A stretch of DNA of 64,000 nucleotides from an uncultured Gemmatimonadales bacterium (GCA_963716255.1 OY970303.1:3616001-3680000), one strand, 5' to 3'; shown: positions 9,184 through 20,400, counted from the stretch's first letter. Made by a program: numbers and translations. Notes: generated by a model not told the origin, from the sequence alone.

Positions 9184-10617
9184 ATGATCACCCATCGCTC
9201 GCTCCGGATGGCGGCGCTCCTCGGCGCGCTGGTCGCCGTCCCGGCCCTCGCCCAGCAGGCCGAGCCCCAGCCGCGGACGCTCCAGGTCGCCGTCGCCGAG
9301 ACCGCCCGGGCCGCGGCCCCCGCACCCGCCGACAGCACCGTGAAGCCCGCCGCCGCGCCCGCCTCGCTGGTGCCGCCCATCACCATCCAGCACCTGCGGC
9401 CCCAGGACCAGCGCGGCGTCAACATGTTCGAGGCGCCCAAGACCGACGCCGTCCCCTTTTCCGGCTTCAAGCTCGACTGGAGCGCCGCCTTCACCCAGCA
9501 GTTCCAGGCTCTCGACCACACCAACTCCGCCGCGGCCGTGACGAGAAAGGACGCCGCTGGAAAGGACTACGATGCCAACCAGCTCGTGGACCTGGGCCCC
9601 GGCTTCAACCTGGCCACCGCGAACCTGGGGCTGAACGCCCAGCTCGCCCCCGGCATCCGCGTCAGCCTGGAGACCTACCTTTCCTCGCGCCACCACCAGG
9701 AGGCCTGGGTCAAGGGCGGCTACCTGCTCATCGACCAGTCGCCCATCGACCACCCGCTGCTCGACGCGGTCATGGACGTGGCCACGATCAAGGTGGGCAT
9801 GTTCCCCCTCAACTACGGCGACGCCCACTTCCGCCGCACCGACAACGGCAACGCCATCTACAACCCGTTCGTCGGCAACCTGATCCTGGACTCCTGGACC
9901 TTCGAGCCCGGGGCCGAGATCTACCTGCGCAGGAACGGCTTCCTGGCCATGGCCGGGGTGACCTCGGGCATCAACAAGGGCGACGTGACCAACCCCGAGG
10001 CGCGCGGCTTCGCCTACCTGGGCAAGCTGGGCTACGACCGCCAGCTGAACCCCGACCTGCGGGTGCGCCTGACGGGCTCGTACTACACGCTGGACCGGTC
10101 GCCGAGCGCGACGCTGTTCTGGGGCGACCGGACGGGCTCGCGCTACTACCTGGTGCTGGAGAACACGGTGGCCACGACGTCGGCGCAGGCGTGGTCGGGG
10201 GAGTTCAACCCGCTGTTCAGCAACCAGGTCAGCGCCATCCAGGTGAACCCGTTCGTGAAGTTCCGGGGCCTGGAGCTGTTCGGGGTGCTGGAGCAGGGTG
10301 AAGGCAGGGCGAAGACGGAGGTGAGCACGCGCACGGTGAACCAGTACGCGGCGGACGTGGTGTACCGCTTCCTGCCGCGGGAGCAGCTGTTCGTGGGCGG
10401 CCGCTACAACACGGTCACCGGCGAGATCCCGATCTCGGGCGCGAACCACGACATGAGCGTGGACCGGATGGCCTTCAGCGCCGGCTGGTTCGTAACGCCG
10501 ACGATCCTGCTCAAGGGGGAGTACGTGACGCAGAGGTACAACGACTTCCCCAGCCTCGACATCCGCAGCGGCGGCAGGTTCGACGGCTTCGTGGTGGAGG
10601 GCTCGGTCGCCTTCTGA
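9184..10617 (+). CDS. Exported outer-membrane beta-barrel protein, function unknown
   Basis: Signal peptide (..VPALA-QQ), alternating aromatic/hydrophobic beta-strands, C-terminal ...VEGSVAF. Confidence 0.75.
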   Translation: MITHRSLRMAALLGALVAVPALAQQAEPQPRTLQVAVAETARAAAPAPADSTVKPAAAPASLVPPITIQHLRPQDQRGVNMFEAPKTDAVPFSGFKLDWSAAFTQQFQALDHTNSAAAVTRKDAAGKDYDANQLVDLGPGFNLATANLGLNAQLAPGIRVSLETYLSSRHHQEAWVKGGYLLIDQSPIDHPLLDAVMDVATIKVGMFPLNYGDAHFRRTDNGNAIYNPFVGNLILDSWTFEPGAEIYLRRNGFLAMAGVTSGINKGDVTNPEARGFAYLGKLGYDRQLNPDLRVRLTGSYYTLDRSPSATLFWGDRTGSRYYLVLENTVATTSAQAWSGEFNPLFSNQVSAIQVNPFVKFRGLELFGVLEQGEGRAKTEVSTRTVNQYAADVVYRFLPREQLFVGGRYNTVTGEIPISGANHDMSVDRMAFSAGWFVTPTILLKGEYVTQRYNDFPSLDIRSGGRFDGFVVEGSVAF

Positions 10618-10746
10618 GGCCGGGATACCGCGCCGGCCCTCACCCGGCTCGCTTGAGGCTCGCCCCCCGGGTCCTTCATCCGGTTCACGCGAAGCGTGAA
10701 GCGCCATTCCGGGAGAGGGGGCAACGGCTGGATTCCGTGCAGTCGT

Positions 10747-10991
10747 CCCCTCCCTCGCTTGCGGGGGAGGGGTGGCGCGCAGCGCCGGGGTGGGGGGCCC
10801 CCCGCGGACGCCAGCGCGATGCCGCGTGAGGGATTCCGGCCCGGAGGGGCGAGACCCGGCGGGGCGAGACCCGGCGGGGCTGTTTCCGCCGGGTCTCGAC
10901 TCCGTTAGCCCGTGTTGTTTGCGGGCTTACGGAGCCGAAGCCCGACCCCGGCGCCAGCCGGGGGCACGCCCGAACCCAGCCGCTCAATCCC
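10747..10991 (+). repeat. Structured intergenic repeat, copy 1 (REP/MITE-like), with internal 15-bp tandem duplication
   Basis: Core CCGCGTGAGGGATT...GGGGCGAGACCCG...CTCGACTCCGTT...TACGGAGCCGAAGCCCGACCCCGGCGCCAGCCGGGG.CACGCCCGAA shared with 31779-31932 and 56802-58529. Confidence 0.9.
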
Positions 10992-11138
10992 TTTCGATCA
11001 AACCCGCCGGCCGTGGCTCCGCATATGCGTGCGTATTCAATCTCGGGTCTCCGCCACCCGCGCCCAGGAGTTCGGCCCCATGACACCCGGCTCCCACACC
11101 CCGCCTCCCGGGCGTCCGTGAGGTTCCCCTGGCCGGCG

Positions 11139-12329
11139 ATGAAGCCGGGCGCGCCTCCCGCGGTGCGTCCCCGCCCGGCGGGCCGCCCGACGCCCATCCC
11201 CATCTCCCGCCGGACCCGGACGGTCCTCCTGGCGGTGGCGGCGGTGGTGGGGGTCCTCCTCCTGCGGGCGGCCCCCAGCCTGGTGACCCTGCTGCTCGGC
11301 GGGGGGGCGCTCGCGCTCCTCCTTTCCTTCCCGGTGCGCGCCCTGTCCCACGTCGTGCCGCGGAAGGTGGCGATCCTCGCCTCGCTGGCGCTGCTCGCCG
11401 GCCTCCTGGTGCTCGCCGTGGCGGTGGTCGTGCCGGTGCTCGCCGAGCAGCTGAGCGCGCTGGTCGCGGCGCTCCCCGCCCTCGCCGTGCGGATCGACGC
11501 ACGCCTGCCGTCGCTGCTGGCGCCGCTCGCCGAGCGCGGCCTCCTCCCGGGGACGCCCGAGGAGTTCATCACCAACCTGGAGCGCCAGCTCCTGGAGTTC
11601 GTCCAGGCGCTGGGAAGGCGGGTCCTGGGCGGCCTGGGCGGCGTGGTCAGCAGCGCGTTCGGCACGGCGGTGACCATCTTCGGGATGGTGTTCATCGCGG
11701 TGTACCTGGTCGCCGACGCGCGCGTCCTGCACGCCCGGTTCCTCCGCGCCGTGCCGCGCCGCTACCGCCGCGACGCCGGCGAGCTCTGGAACGCCTTCGG
11801 CTTCACCCTGTCGCGCTACCTGGGCGGGCTGGGCCTCTCGCTCGCCATCCAGGGCCTGTTCTCCGCACTCGCGCTGTACCTGCTGGGGGTGCCGTACCCG
11901 CTCCTCCTGGGCGCGTGGGTGTCGGTCACCGCCCTGCTCCCGTACGTGGGCGCGTGGATCGGGGCGGTGCCGGCGGTGCTCCTCGCCCTGTCCGTGTCCC
12001 CGACCACGGCGCTCCTCACCGCCCTGCTCTTCCTGGTGATCCAGCAGCTGGAGGGCAACGTGCTGACGCCGCGCATCCAGAGCCAGGCCGTGCGCGTGCA
12101 CCCCATCCTGGTCTTCCTGGCCGTGGTCGCCGGGGGCGAGCTGGCGGGGATCCCCGGCGTCGTCTTCGCGGTCCCGGCGCTCGCCGTGGCGCGCGTGCTG
12201 TGGGACTTCTTCGGGGCGCGCGTCCGCACGGGGGACGCCGCGTGGGCCGCGCGGCGGGAGCGGGGGCCGCTGGTGATCGGGACTTCGCGCGGCGCCGCGG
12301 AGGCCGGCGCGGACCCCGGGCTTCCGTAG
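11139..12329 (+). CDS. AI-2E family transporter
   Basis: Multi-TM; LPYVGAWIGAVP, IQQLEGNVLTPRI, VHPILVFLAVVAGG..AGIPGVVFAVP motifs; start uncertain. Confidence 0.9.
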   Translation: MKPGAPPAVRPRPAGRPTPIPISRRTRTVLLAVAAVVGVLLLRAAPSLVTLLLGGGALALLLSFPVRALSHVVPRKVAILASLALLAGLLVLAVAVVVPVLAEQLSALVAALPALAVRIDARLPSLLAPLAERGLLPGTPEEFITNLERQLLEFVQALGRRVLGGLGGVVSSAFGTAVTIFGMVFIAVYLVADARVLHARFLRAVPRRYRRDAGELWNAFGFTLSRYLGGLGLSLAIQGLFSALALYLLGVPYPLLLGAWVSVTALLPYVGAWIGAVPAVLLALSVSPTTALLTALLFLVIQQLEGNVLTPRIQSQAVRVHPILVFLAVVAGGELAGIPGVVFAVPALAVARVLWDFFGARVRTGDAAWAARRERGPLVIGTSRGAAEAGADPGLP

Positions 12330-12339
12330 GGGAGGGGCG

Positions 12340-15198
12340 ATGGCGACGAGCCAGCGACCGCCGCGGGCGGCGGGGGGCGCGCCGGAGCCGTACCGGCAGA
12401 GCGCGGACGAGGTTGCGGCCGCGCTCGGCACCGACCCGCGCGCCGGGCTGAGCGACGCCGATGCCCGCGCGCGCCTGGGCGAGCACGGGCGCAACGAGCT
12501 GGCCGCGCGGGCGCCGGTGCCCTCGTGGCGGCGCTTCCTCGCCCAGTTCCAGGACGTGCTCGTCCTCCTCCTGCTCGCCGCCACCGCCATCTCCGCCGGC
12601 CTGTGGGCGTACGAGCGCGACACGGCGCTGCCGTACGAGGCGCTCGCCATCCTCGCCGTGGTGCTGCTCAACGCCACCATGGGCTACGTCCAGGAGGCGC
12701 GCGCCGAGGCCGCGGTCGCCGCGCTGCGCGCCCTGTCCGCCGACGAAGCCTCCGTCGTGCGCGGCGGAGAGCGCCGCCGCGTCCCCGCCGCGGAGATCGT
12801 TCCCGGCGACATCGTGCTGGTGGAGGAGGGCGACACCATCCCGGCCGACGCGCGGCTCGTCGCCTCCGTCGCCCTCCAGACCGCCGAGGCGGCGCTCACC
12901 GGGGAAAGCCTGCCCGTGTCCAAGGACACCGAGCCGGTCGCCGCCGGGGCCCCCCTGGGCGACCGCCACAACATGCTCTTCAGCGGCACCGCCGCCACCT
13001 ACGGGCGCGGCACGGCCGTGGTGACCGCGACGGGGATGCGCACCGAGATGGGGCGCATCGCCGGCCTGCTGGAGGACACGACGGAGGAGGCCACTCCTCT
13101 GCAGCGGGAGCTGGCCCGCACGGGCAGGCTCCTGGGCGCGGTCGTGGTCGCCATCGCCGTGGTCATGACCGCGACCATCGTCCTGGTGGAGGACGTCCGC
13201 GGCTTCTCCGAGATCGCCGGCGTGCTGATCCTGGGGGTGGCGCTCGCGGTGGCCGCCGTGCCGGAGGGGCTGCCGGCGGTGGTCACAGCCGTGCTCGCCG
13301 TGGGGGTGCAGCGCATGGCGCGGCGGAACGCCATCGTGCGGCACCTGGCCGCGGTGGAGACGCTGGGCTCGGCGAGCGTGATCGCGTCCGACAAGACCGG
13401 CACGCTCACCCGCAACGAGATGACCGTGCGCGTGGTGGTCACCGCCGGCGGACGCGTGACGTTCGGCGGGTCCGGGTACGCGCCCCTGGGCGAGGTGCGG
13501 GCGGAGGACGGGGCGCCGCCGCAGGGCCCGCTGCGGGCCGAGCTGGAGCGCGCCCTCGCCGCCGCCGACCGCGCCAACAACGCGGCGGTGCAGGAGCGGG
13601 ACGGGCGCTGGACCGTGCAGGGAGACCCCACCGAGGGCGCGCTGCTCGTGGCGGCGCGCAAGGCCGGCCTCGCGGCGGCGGCGCTGGAGGCGCGCCTGCC
13701 GCGGGTGGGCGAGGTGCCCTTTTCCTCCGAGCGCAAGCTGATGAGCACCGTCCACCGCGACACCGGGAGCGGCGACCGGCTGGTGGTGTTCACCAAGGGG
13801 GCGCCCGACGTGCTGCTCACCCGGTGCGCGCACGAGGTCGTGGGCGACGGGCGGCGGCCGCTGACGCCGGAGCGCCGCGCCGAGATCCTCCGGGCCAACG
13901 AGTCGCTGGCCGGCGAGGCGCTGCGCACCCTGGGCGTGGCGGCCCACTGGCTCCCCGCCGGCGCGCTCGCCGCGGGAGGGGCGGACGGGATGGACGGGGT
14001 GGACGAGCGCGTGGAGGAGGACCTGGTCTTCGCGGGGCTGATCGGGATGATCGACCCGCCGCGCGCTGAGGCAAGGGACGCCGTCGCGCGGGCGCGGGGC
14101 GCCGGGATCCGCCCGGTGATGATCACCGGCGACCACCCGCGGACCGCCTCCGTCATCGCCCGCGAGCTGGGCATCGCCGACGACTGCCGCGCCGTCACCG
14201 GGGCGGAGCTGCGGGAGCTCCCGGACGAGGCGCTGGCGCGCACGGTGGGCGAGGTGTCGGTCTACGCGCGCGTGGACCCCGAGCACAAGCTGCGCATCGT
14301 GGCCGCCCTGCAGGGCGCCGGCGCCATCGTCGCCATGACCGGCGACGGGGTCAACGACGCCCCCGCGCTCAAGGCTGCCGACATCGGGGTGGCCATGGGG
14401 ATCACCGGGACCGACGTGTCCAAGGAGGCGGCCGACATCGTGCTCGCCGACGACGACTTCGCCACCATCGTCGCCGCGGTGGAGGAAGGGCGGGCGATCT
14501 TCGACAACATCCGCAAGTTCCTGCGCTTCCTCCTGTCGTCCAACATCGGCGAGGTGCTCACCATGTTCCTCGGCGTGCTCCTGGCCGACCGCATCGGCCT
14601 GCGGTCCGAAGGCGAGGCCGTCGTGCTGCCGCTCCTGGCCACGCAGATCCTGTGGATCAACCTGGTGACCGACGGCGCGCCCGCGCTCGCCCTGGGCGTG
14701 GACCCCGCCGGCGACGGGCTGATGGCCCGCCCGCCCCGCCCCCGCGGCGAGCGGGTGATCACCCCCCGCATGTGGCGCGGCATCCTGTTCGTGGGGGTGG
14801 TGATGGCCGCCGGCACGCTGGGGGTGCTGGACGCGTCGCTCCCCGGCGGCTTCCTGGAGGGGTCGGGCGACATGGCCTACGGGCACAGCATGGCGTTCAC
14901 CACGCTGATGCTCTTCCAGATGTTCAACGTCTTCAACGCGCGCTCCGACGAGCGCAGCGCGCTCGCCGGGCTGTTCACCAACCGCTGGCTGTGGGGCTCG
15001 GTCGCGCTGGCGGCGGCGCTCCAGCTTCTGGTGCTGTACGTGCCGGCGCTCCGGCAGGCGTTCGGGACCGTGCCGCTGGGCGCCGGCGACTGGCTGCGCT
15101 GCACCGCGGTGGCGAGCTCGGTGCTCTGGCTGCGGGAGATCGGCAAGGCGGCGACGCGCGCGCTGGACCGGCACGGGCAACCCGCCGCGCAGGGATGA
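12340..15198 (+). CDS. Cation-translocating P-type ATPase (P2A, Ca2+-ATPase-like)
   Basis: TGES, VPEGL, DKTGTLT phosphorylation site, KGAPD, MITGD, TGDGVNDAPAL, QILWINLVTDG. Confidence 0.97.
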   Translation: MATSQRPPRAAGGAPEPYRQSADEVAAALGTDPRAGLSDADARARLGEHGRNELAARAPVPSWRRFLAQFQDVLVLLLLAATAISAGLWAYERDTALPYEALAILAVVLLNATMGYVQEARAEAAVAALRALSADEASVVRGGERRRVPAAEIVPGDIVLVEEGDTIPADARLVASVALQTAEAALTGESLPVSKDTEPVAAGAPLGDRHNMLFSGTAATYGRGTAVVTATGMRTEMGRIAGLLEDTTEEATPLQRELARTGRLLGAVVVAIAVVMTATIVLVEDVRGFSEIAGVLILGVALAVAAVPEGLPAVVTAVLAVGVQRMARRNAIVRHLAAVETLGSASVIASDKTGTLTRNEMTVRVVVTAGGRVTFGGSGYAPLGEVRAEDGAPPQGPLRAELERALAAADRANNAAVQERDGRWTVQGDPTEGALLVAARKAGLAAAALEARLPRVGEVPFSSERKLMSTVHRDTGSGDRLVVFTKGAPDVLLTRCAHEVVGDGRRPLTPERRAEILRANESLAGEALRTLGVAAHWLPAGALAAGGADGMDGVDERVEEDLVFAGLIGMIDPPRAEARDAVARARGAGIRPVMITGDHPRTASVIARELGIADDCRAVTGAELRELPDEALARTVGEVSVYARVDPEHKLRIVAALQGAGAIVAMTGDGVNDAPALKAADIGVAMGITGTDVSKEAADIVLADDDFATIVAAVEEGRAIFDNIRKFLRFLLSSNIGEVLTMFLGVLLADRIGLRSEGEAVVLPLLATQILWINLVTDGAPALALGVDPAGDGLMARPPRPRGERVITPRMWRGILFVGVVMAAGTLGVLDASLPGGFLEGSGDMAYGHSMAFTTLMLFQMFNVFNARSDERSALAGLFTNRWLWGSVALAAALQLLVLYVPALRQAFGTVPLGAGDWLRCTAVASSVLWLREIGKAATRALDRHGQPAAQG

Positions 15199-15586
15199 AA
15201 TCGGGTCGCGCCGGGCTGAGTCATTCCGTCCGCAGATCCTGGGACAAGGCTGTCTCGTTTGGGTCCTCGTCCCATGGAAAAAGCCGGCGGTGGGTTGTGT
15301 AAATCTTTGCAAATAAATTGCTTGCGTATTCGTAGGGCGTCCCGGCTCCCCGGCGTGAGATATGCAGGCGGACCTCGGCTGCGAGTCTACGGTCGGGTGT
15401 TTCGGCTTTTCGCCCATTCTTCCGGAATTCCTCATCAAGCTGCTGAACTGACCGGCCCCCGCCGTCCAGGCGGCTTCGCCCCCGAAATGGTTCGGCGTTC
15501 ACCTCCCACGGCTCCGTGTCGACCCCCATGTGGGCGTGGGAATCCGGCTACCTGCCACTTCGCACAAGTCGGCGAGAGGAGGAGCT

Positions 15587-17437
15587 ATGGAAATCTTGCT
15601 CGGTCGGCCAGGGTCCGGGACGCGTGTCTTTCCTCTCATCAGTGTTGACCTTTACGGCCCCACACCCACGGCGGACGTGGATTCCCCCGGCGGAGACCTT
15701 GCACAAGACGCACTCCGCCTGGCGAGTGCTCCGCTGACCGGATGGCAGCGCCTGGCTGGAGGAAGTCTCGATCCGCTTGGGAAGGTCAAGCGCTTGCTGC
15801 ATTTCCATCGGCTCGCCTTCCATGCCGAGACAGCGGGCGAGTATGTCCGCAGCGACTTCTTCTGGTCGCGCTTCCATGAACTGTGTCCCTCCGTTCTACG
15901 TGATTTGGCATGTGCACAGGCGCTGACGACCGCGATCCCCGCCGAAATCGGAACGCCCGAACTGCTGCAGAGCCGGCTCGTCGATGAAGTCTTCATCGAT
16001 GCACACCTCGCTTTCTTCAACGGTAGCCTCTCGTCCGCTCCCCCGGCAGTCGACCGCGCTTTCCGCAACGCCCTTTACATCGAGCGCCTGCTTCCCTGGT
16101 CGGGGCTGGACCCCACGAACCGGACTGCCCTGCAGCAGGAGATCGCTCGGCGCCTGATCGAGGCCCGGGGAGCCGTCGGCTCGTGGGATGAAGCGGCTGC
16201 GGAGTGTTCACGTGCCATCGAGCGCGAACCCCGAAGCAGTGAGTTCCAGGACCGTTTCGTAATGTGCGTTCTTGCCGGGACGCTTTCCCGGCTGGGCCAG
16301 GCGAATTCCGCGGCCGATGCGGGTAAGGAGGCCGCCCTGTTGAAGAAGGAGATCGACAAGCTGGAGTCCTTCCAGCAGCAGCATCCCGATAACCCGGCGG
16401 TGTGCGATGCGCTCGGCAGGCTGTGGGCTGCCCGGGCGGTTCGCCTGGCGCGGCTACGACGCCTGCCCGAGGGGCTCGTGAACATGGAGAGGGCGCGGGC
16501 ATGGGATCCATGGCTGGAAGGCGGAGAAGAGCTTCAGGACAAGCTGTTCGCAGCGATGGAGCAGCTTCAGCAGCAGATGCGCACCCTCGATGCGGAGTTG
16601 CGACAAAGGCCGGGCACGACGCTCAGCGTCGAGGGGCTCCAGCTTCAGCGTGAGGCAAAGGAAGGGTTCCGGCCGCTGGAGGCGTTCCGCGCCTCGGGAC
16701 AGGCCGAGGGGATCGAGGAAGGACGTGCTCGCGCAGTATCACTCCGCTTCTGGCGAAACCTTGGTCTGCCTGAGCTCGCCGCAGGGCGGGAGCAGGATTC
16801 CCTGCTGCTGCTCGCCGCAATCAACGACGTTCTGCGCGAGCCCCCGGAGAATGCCGGGGAGCTTCCGCGTCGGTGGGCCGAAGCCGTGAAGGAGGAGCCG
16901 GGCCTGAGCGGCCTCGATCTCGATCCGGTCCTGCGTTTCCTCGGATCTCGCCTGTTCGGGATCGCCGAGGAGGAAGCCACGGCGCCCGATCAGCCGTCGG
17001 CTGCCATCGTAGCCGGCGCGCCGCGGCTCGTCCTCGCTCCGACCCGGGGGCGGCGCTCCGTGCCGCTCGCGTACTGGGTGTTCAGCGGTCGCGACCTCCG
17101 GATCAAGCTGCAGGCGGTCGCGGCGATCCTGCTGCTGGGTTCGGTCGGCGTGCTCGCCGGACGGGAAGAGATTCGCGGTGGGCGCCGCGATGCGGCCTAT
17201 GCACAACTCCTCGCCGCCCGCGACCGCAACGACGACTCCCGCATCATGGAAGCCGCGGAAACCTTCCTGGCGAACCCGCTGCTCGCGAAGGATGGGCGTG
17301 AGGAAACGGTCGAGAACCTGTATAGCGAAGCCGTGGTCCGCAACGTCCTGAGCGGCGCTCCGCTCGACGGCGGCCTGCAGCCGCATCTGGACCGCTATCG
17401 CGAGCTGGTCACCCCCGAAGTGGAGGCGGAGCCATGA
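15587..17437 (+). CDS. Hypothetical helical/TPR-like protein with a single C-proximal TM helix (operon gene 1)
   Basis: Strong RBS GAGGAGGAG before ATG 15587; TPR-like segments (WDEAAAECSRAIEREP, HPDNPAVCDALGRLW); TM LQAVAAILLLGSVGVLAG; stop overlaps next ATG (ATGA). Confidence 0.8.
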   Translation: MEILLGRPGSGTRVFPLISVDLYGPTPTADVDSPGGDLAQDALRLASAPLTGWQRLAGGSLDPLGKVKRLLHFHRLAFHAETAGEYVRSDFFWSRFHELCPSVLRDLACAQALTTAIPAEIGTPELLQSRLVDEVFIDAHLAFFNGSLSSAPPAVDRAFRNALYIERLLPWSGLDPTNRTALQQEIARRLIEARGAVGSWDEAAAECSRAIEREPRSSEFQDRFVMCVLAGTLSRLGQANSAADAGKEAALLKKEIDKLESFQQQHPDNPAVCDALGRLWAARAVRLARLRRLPEGLVNMERARAWDPWLEGGEELQDKLFAAMEQLQQQMRTLDAELRQRPGTTLSVEGLQLQREAKEGFRPLEAFRASGQAEGIEEGRARAVSLRFWRNLGLPELAAGREQDSLLLLAAINDVLREPPENAGELPRRWAEAVKEEPGLSGLDLDPVLRFLGSRLFGIAEEEATAPDQPSAAIVAGAPRLVLAPTRGRRSVPLAYWVFSGRDLRIKLQAVAAILLLGSVGVLAGREEIRGGRRDAAYAQLLAARDRNDDSRIMEAAETFLANPLLAKDGREETVENLYSEAVVRNVLSGAPLDGGLQPHLDRYRELVTPEVEAEP

Positions 17438-20400
17438 GGAAGGCCATCGACATCGGCAGCGCCCTGATCATCGTGGGGGCCCTGGCCGGAATCACCGGTC
17501 TACATGGTCGGGAATCCGCCCCTGTAGTGTCCGAAACGGTCTCGCCGTTCGCCGAATTCCCCATGGGGCAGCCGGTGGCGGTCGACTTCCGGGTGGACGA
17601 CGCGCTCCTGGATTCGCTTTCGCAGAGAGAGAGTGCAGACCAATACCGTGACTGGCTCCTGTTTACCGCCTCCGCCGGGGCGGAAGTCGAGCCGGAAAAA
17701 CTCAGCGACGCCCTGTTCGACCGCCCCGCTGTACGCTACGGGTTCATGCGGGCGGTGGGAGGCCTGGAATACGGCGAGGTGCGTTCGGTATTCGTGGGCG
17801 AGGGGCTGGTCGTGGCCCTCGTTCCTGCAAGCCGAAGCCGCGAGGAGCGCATCGACGACCTCGCCCACGTCGCCGACCAGCACCGCAAGAACCTGGGCGA
17901 GCTTCCCGACAGCCTTGCGGTGTTCGAATATGACATCGATCTGACCGCGCGTACCGGCCAGCTCGCCCGGACCGGCACTGTACGGGCGCGGACGCTCTTC
18001 ACGCCGGAAAGCGGCTACCACGAGGCGCGGATCACCGACTTGGATGGTCTTTCCGCCTTCATGGAAAGCATCGACGACGTCACTTACGCACAGGTAGACG
18101 GAACGGCCCTCCGCCTGGGCGGGCGCCGACAGCTCGGCCGCAGCTACCGCGGAATCCGTGTCGAGGACGTGGCGGCAATCTGGAAATCCGAGAAGGTGAT
18201 CCAGGAGCGGCGCGCCCGGTTCGATGCCCAGATTCGGCAGGAGGAGGACGAGTTCAACTCCCGCTGGACCCGCCGGAGCTACGACACTGAAGCGGAGCGG
18301 CTGCGGCTGGAAGAGGAGCGCGACGCGGAGTGGGCGTCGGTGAAGGAGCGGGTGGCCCGCCAAGCACGTTCTCTAGGAGCCCTGGAAGGCAGCGGGTTCT
18401 CGCTCGACCCCGCGTGGGATTTCGAGGGTCTCGCATGGTTCTTCAGGGACGAGGTCGAGCCCGAGCTGCTGTCGGGCGGAGAAGAGAGGGCGGCCGAGAT
18501 CCGGTCGGCGCTGGAGGCCGGCGACGTCGAACCGTACTTCGCACTGCTCGACGCCATCCGGCAGGCCGGCTCCGGAGAGCTCGCGAACTACCTGTTGCAG
18601 CGCACCTACGAGCACCAGTTCCAGGCAGCACGCTATGACGGCCAGTTGCAGGGTACCGAGGTCGGGATGGTGCTGTTCTACACTGATCTGCTGGCAAAGC
18701 TGTGGGCCCTGGACTACATGGACCGCTCACCGGACGCGGAGATTCCAGACTTCGAGTCCATACCGAGGCGGCCGATCTCACCGGTCTACCGGATGCAGCT
18801 CGACAGCCTGAGCAAGACCCGGTTGTGGTTCGGGCCACAGGACACGGGATTCCAGACGGCGGCGGACGGACGCACGCTGCTGTTCGAGCGAAACGCGACA
18901 CGCGTCTACGCCGCTTCGGCCAGCGGATTCACGCCGGGCGAAGAAGCGCCCGCCAACGCGCAGTCCGAGGCGTTCCTGGGCTGGTGGAACGACCATTACG
19001 AGGAGGTCGCGCGCTACGAGCCGGAGTACGAGCGTCTCAACGAGATCATGAAGTGGAGCCTGCTCGTCGGCTGGCTGAACCGCTCCGGCTCCGGAGGGCT
19101 GCTCGGCTTCCTGGAAGGCGTCCCTGTCGATACCACCTCCTGGTTCCCGGACTGGGTCCGGGAGCGGCCCGAGCTGCGATTCCGGGAATGGCCAAGCATC
19201 GAATTCTATGGCCGTGGCTTCAAAGGAAGCCGGACCGAGGCCCTCCCTCGTCTCAACTCCTCCAGCTATGTCCAATTTGGAACGGAGAGGCTCCTTTCCG
19301 GCGGCGTCTCCCTGGGAAGCCGAGCCACTTTCGCCGAACGACAGGCGCTCTCCAGGACGGTCTCTCCCCTGCGCAGGCGCTCCAACCTGAATTACGGCGC
19401 CGTTGACAACGTCGCGAACGAATTCCGCACGCTCGACGGGGTGGGCTACCGGTTCGCCTCGAGGGGGCGGGGGCACTCGTCCGTGGTGGTGTCGCCCACC
19501 GACAAGGTGAGGTTCCGAAGCACGTATGGAGAGGTGGCGAGGGGCGACGTCGAGCGCGTGCTCGCGAAGAGCGCTACGAAGCTGCAGGTGGAGACTACCG
19601 TCGGTGGCAAGCAGCTGGGCACCCTTCAGGTGAGCCGCACTGAAGGCGGGTTCGCAGTGGCGTGGCGAGGTCGGGAAGTCGCCCGTGCACAGGCGCTCGC
19701 GCGACAGTTGAGCCATGGCCAGGAGGTCGGCGCCCTGCTGCGCGCGGACGGCGAGGTGGCTGCCGCCTACCGGCTGGAAACGGGGGAGTACTTGGTGAGC
19801 TTCGAACACTCGGACCGCTGGGTGAGGATTGCCCCCGAGCAGGCGAGCACGGTCGAACTGCCTCCGGGGTGGGATGCGCGAGTCGCCGGATACGAGGGAC
19901 GCCCGCAGCTCCTGTCGTGGGTGGACGACGCGCAGGCACGTTCCGACCTGTCGCGCGGGGGAGCGGTTCCCATCAAGGAGGAGGTCGAGCGGACAGCCTC
20001 CTCCTTCCCATCCAACGACTATCGCGCCGCCGCCCGGGAGGCTGTGAGCGATCCGGCCGCTTTCCGGGCTCGGGGAGAAAAGAGCTTCCGGGACGCGCTC
20101 ACCCGGAGCGATCGCGACATCGCAAGCGGCCGTTTCGACCGGGCCCTCGGAGTCCTCGACGAGATCGATCAGGCATTCCGGAGGCGGCCGGAGTTCACCA
20201 TGCGGCGGGCAATCGCCGAACTCGGGAGGGATCGCCCCGAGACGGCGGCGCAGGTCCTGCGCGCCTCCGAGGCGGGTCGGCTGTTGGACCGTACCCGTTT
20301 CATCGACGAGGTCAGCGCGCGCCTCGCTCGCACTCCAGCAGCCGACCTCCCGGACGTGCAAACCGTGTCGTGGTACACGGAATGGAACGACCTCCGCGCC

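Noticed and set aside
6885..10301. Very long alternative-frame ORFs (e.g. 1138 aa here; also 12016-15438, 27486-30614, 38336-43378, 59967-63806)
   Set aside because: Arg/Gly/Ala/Pro-rich shadow or antisense frames of real genes, expected in high-GC DNA; no motifs
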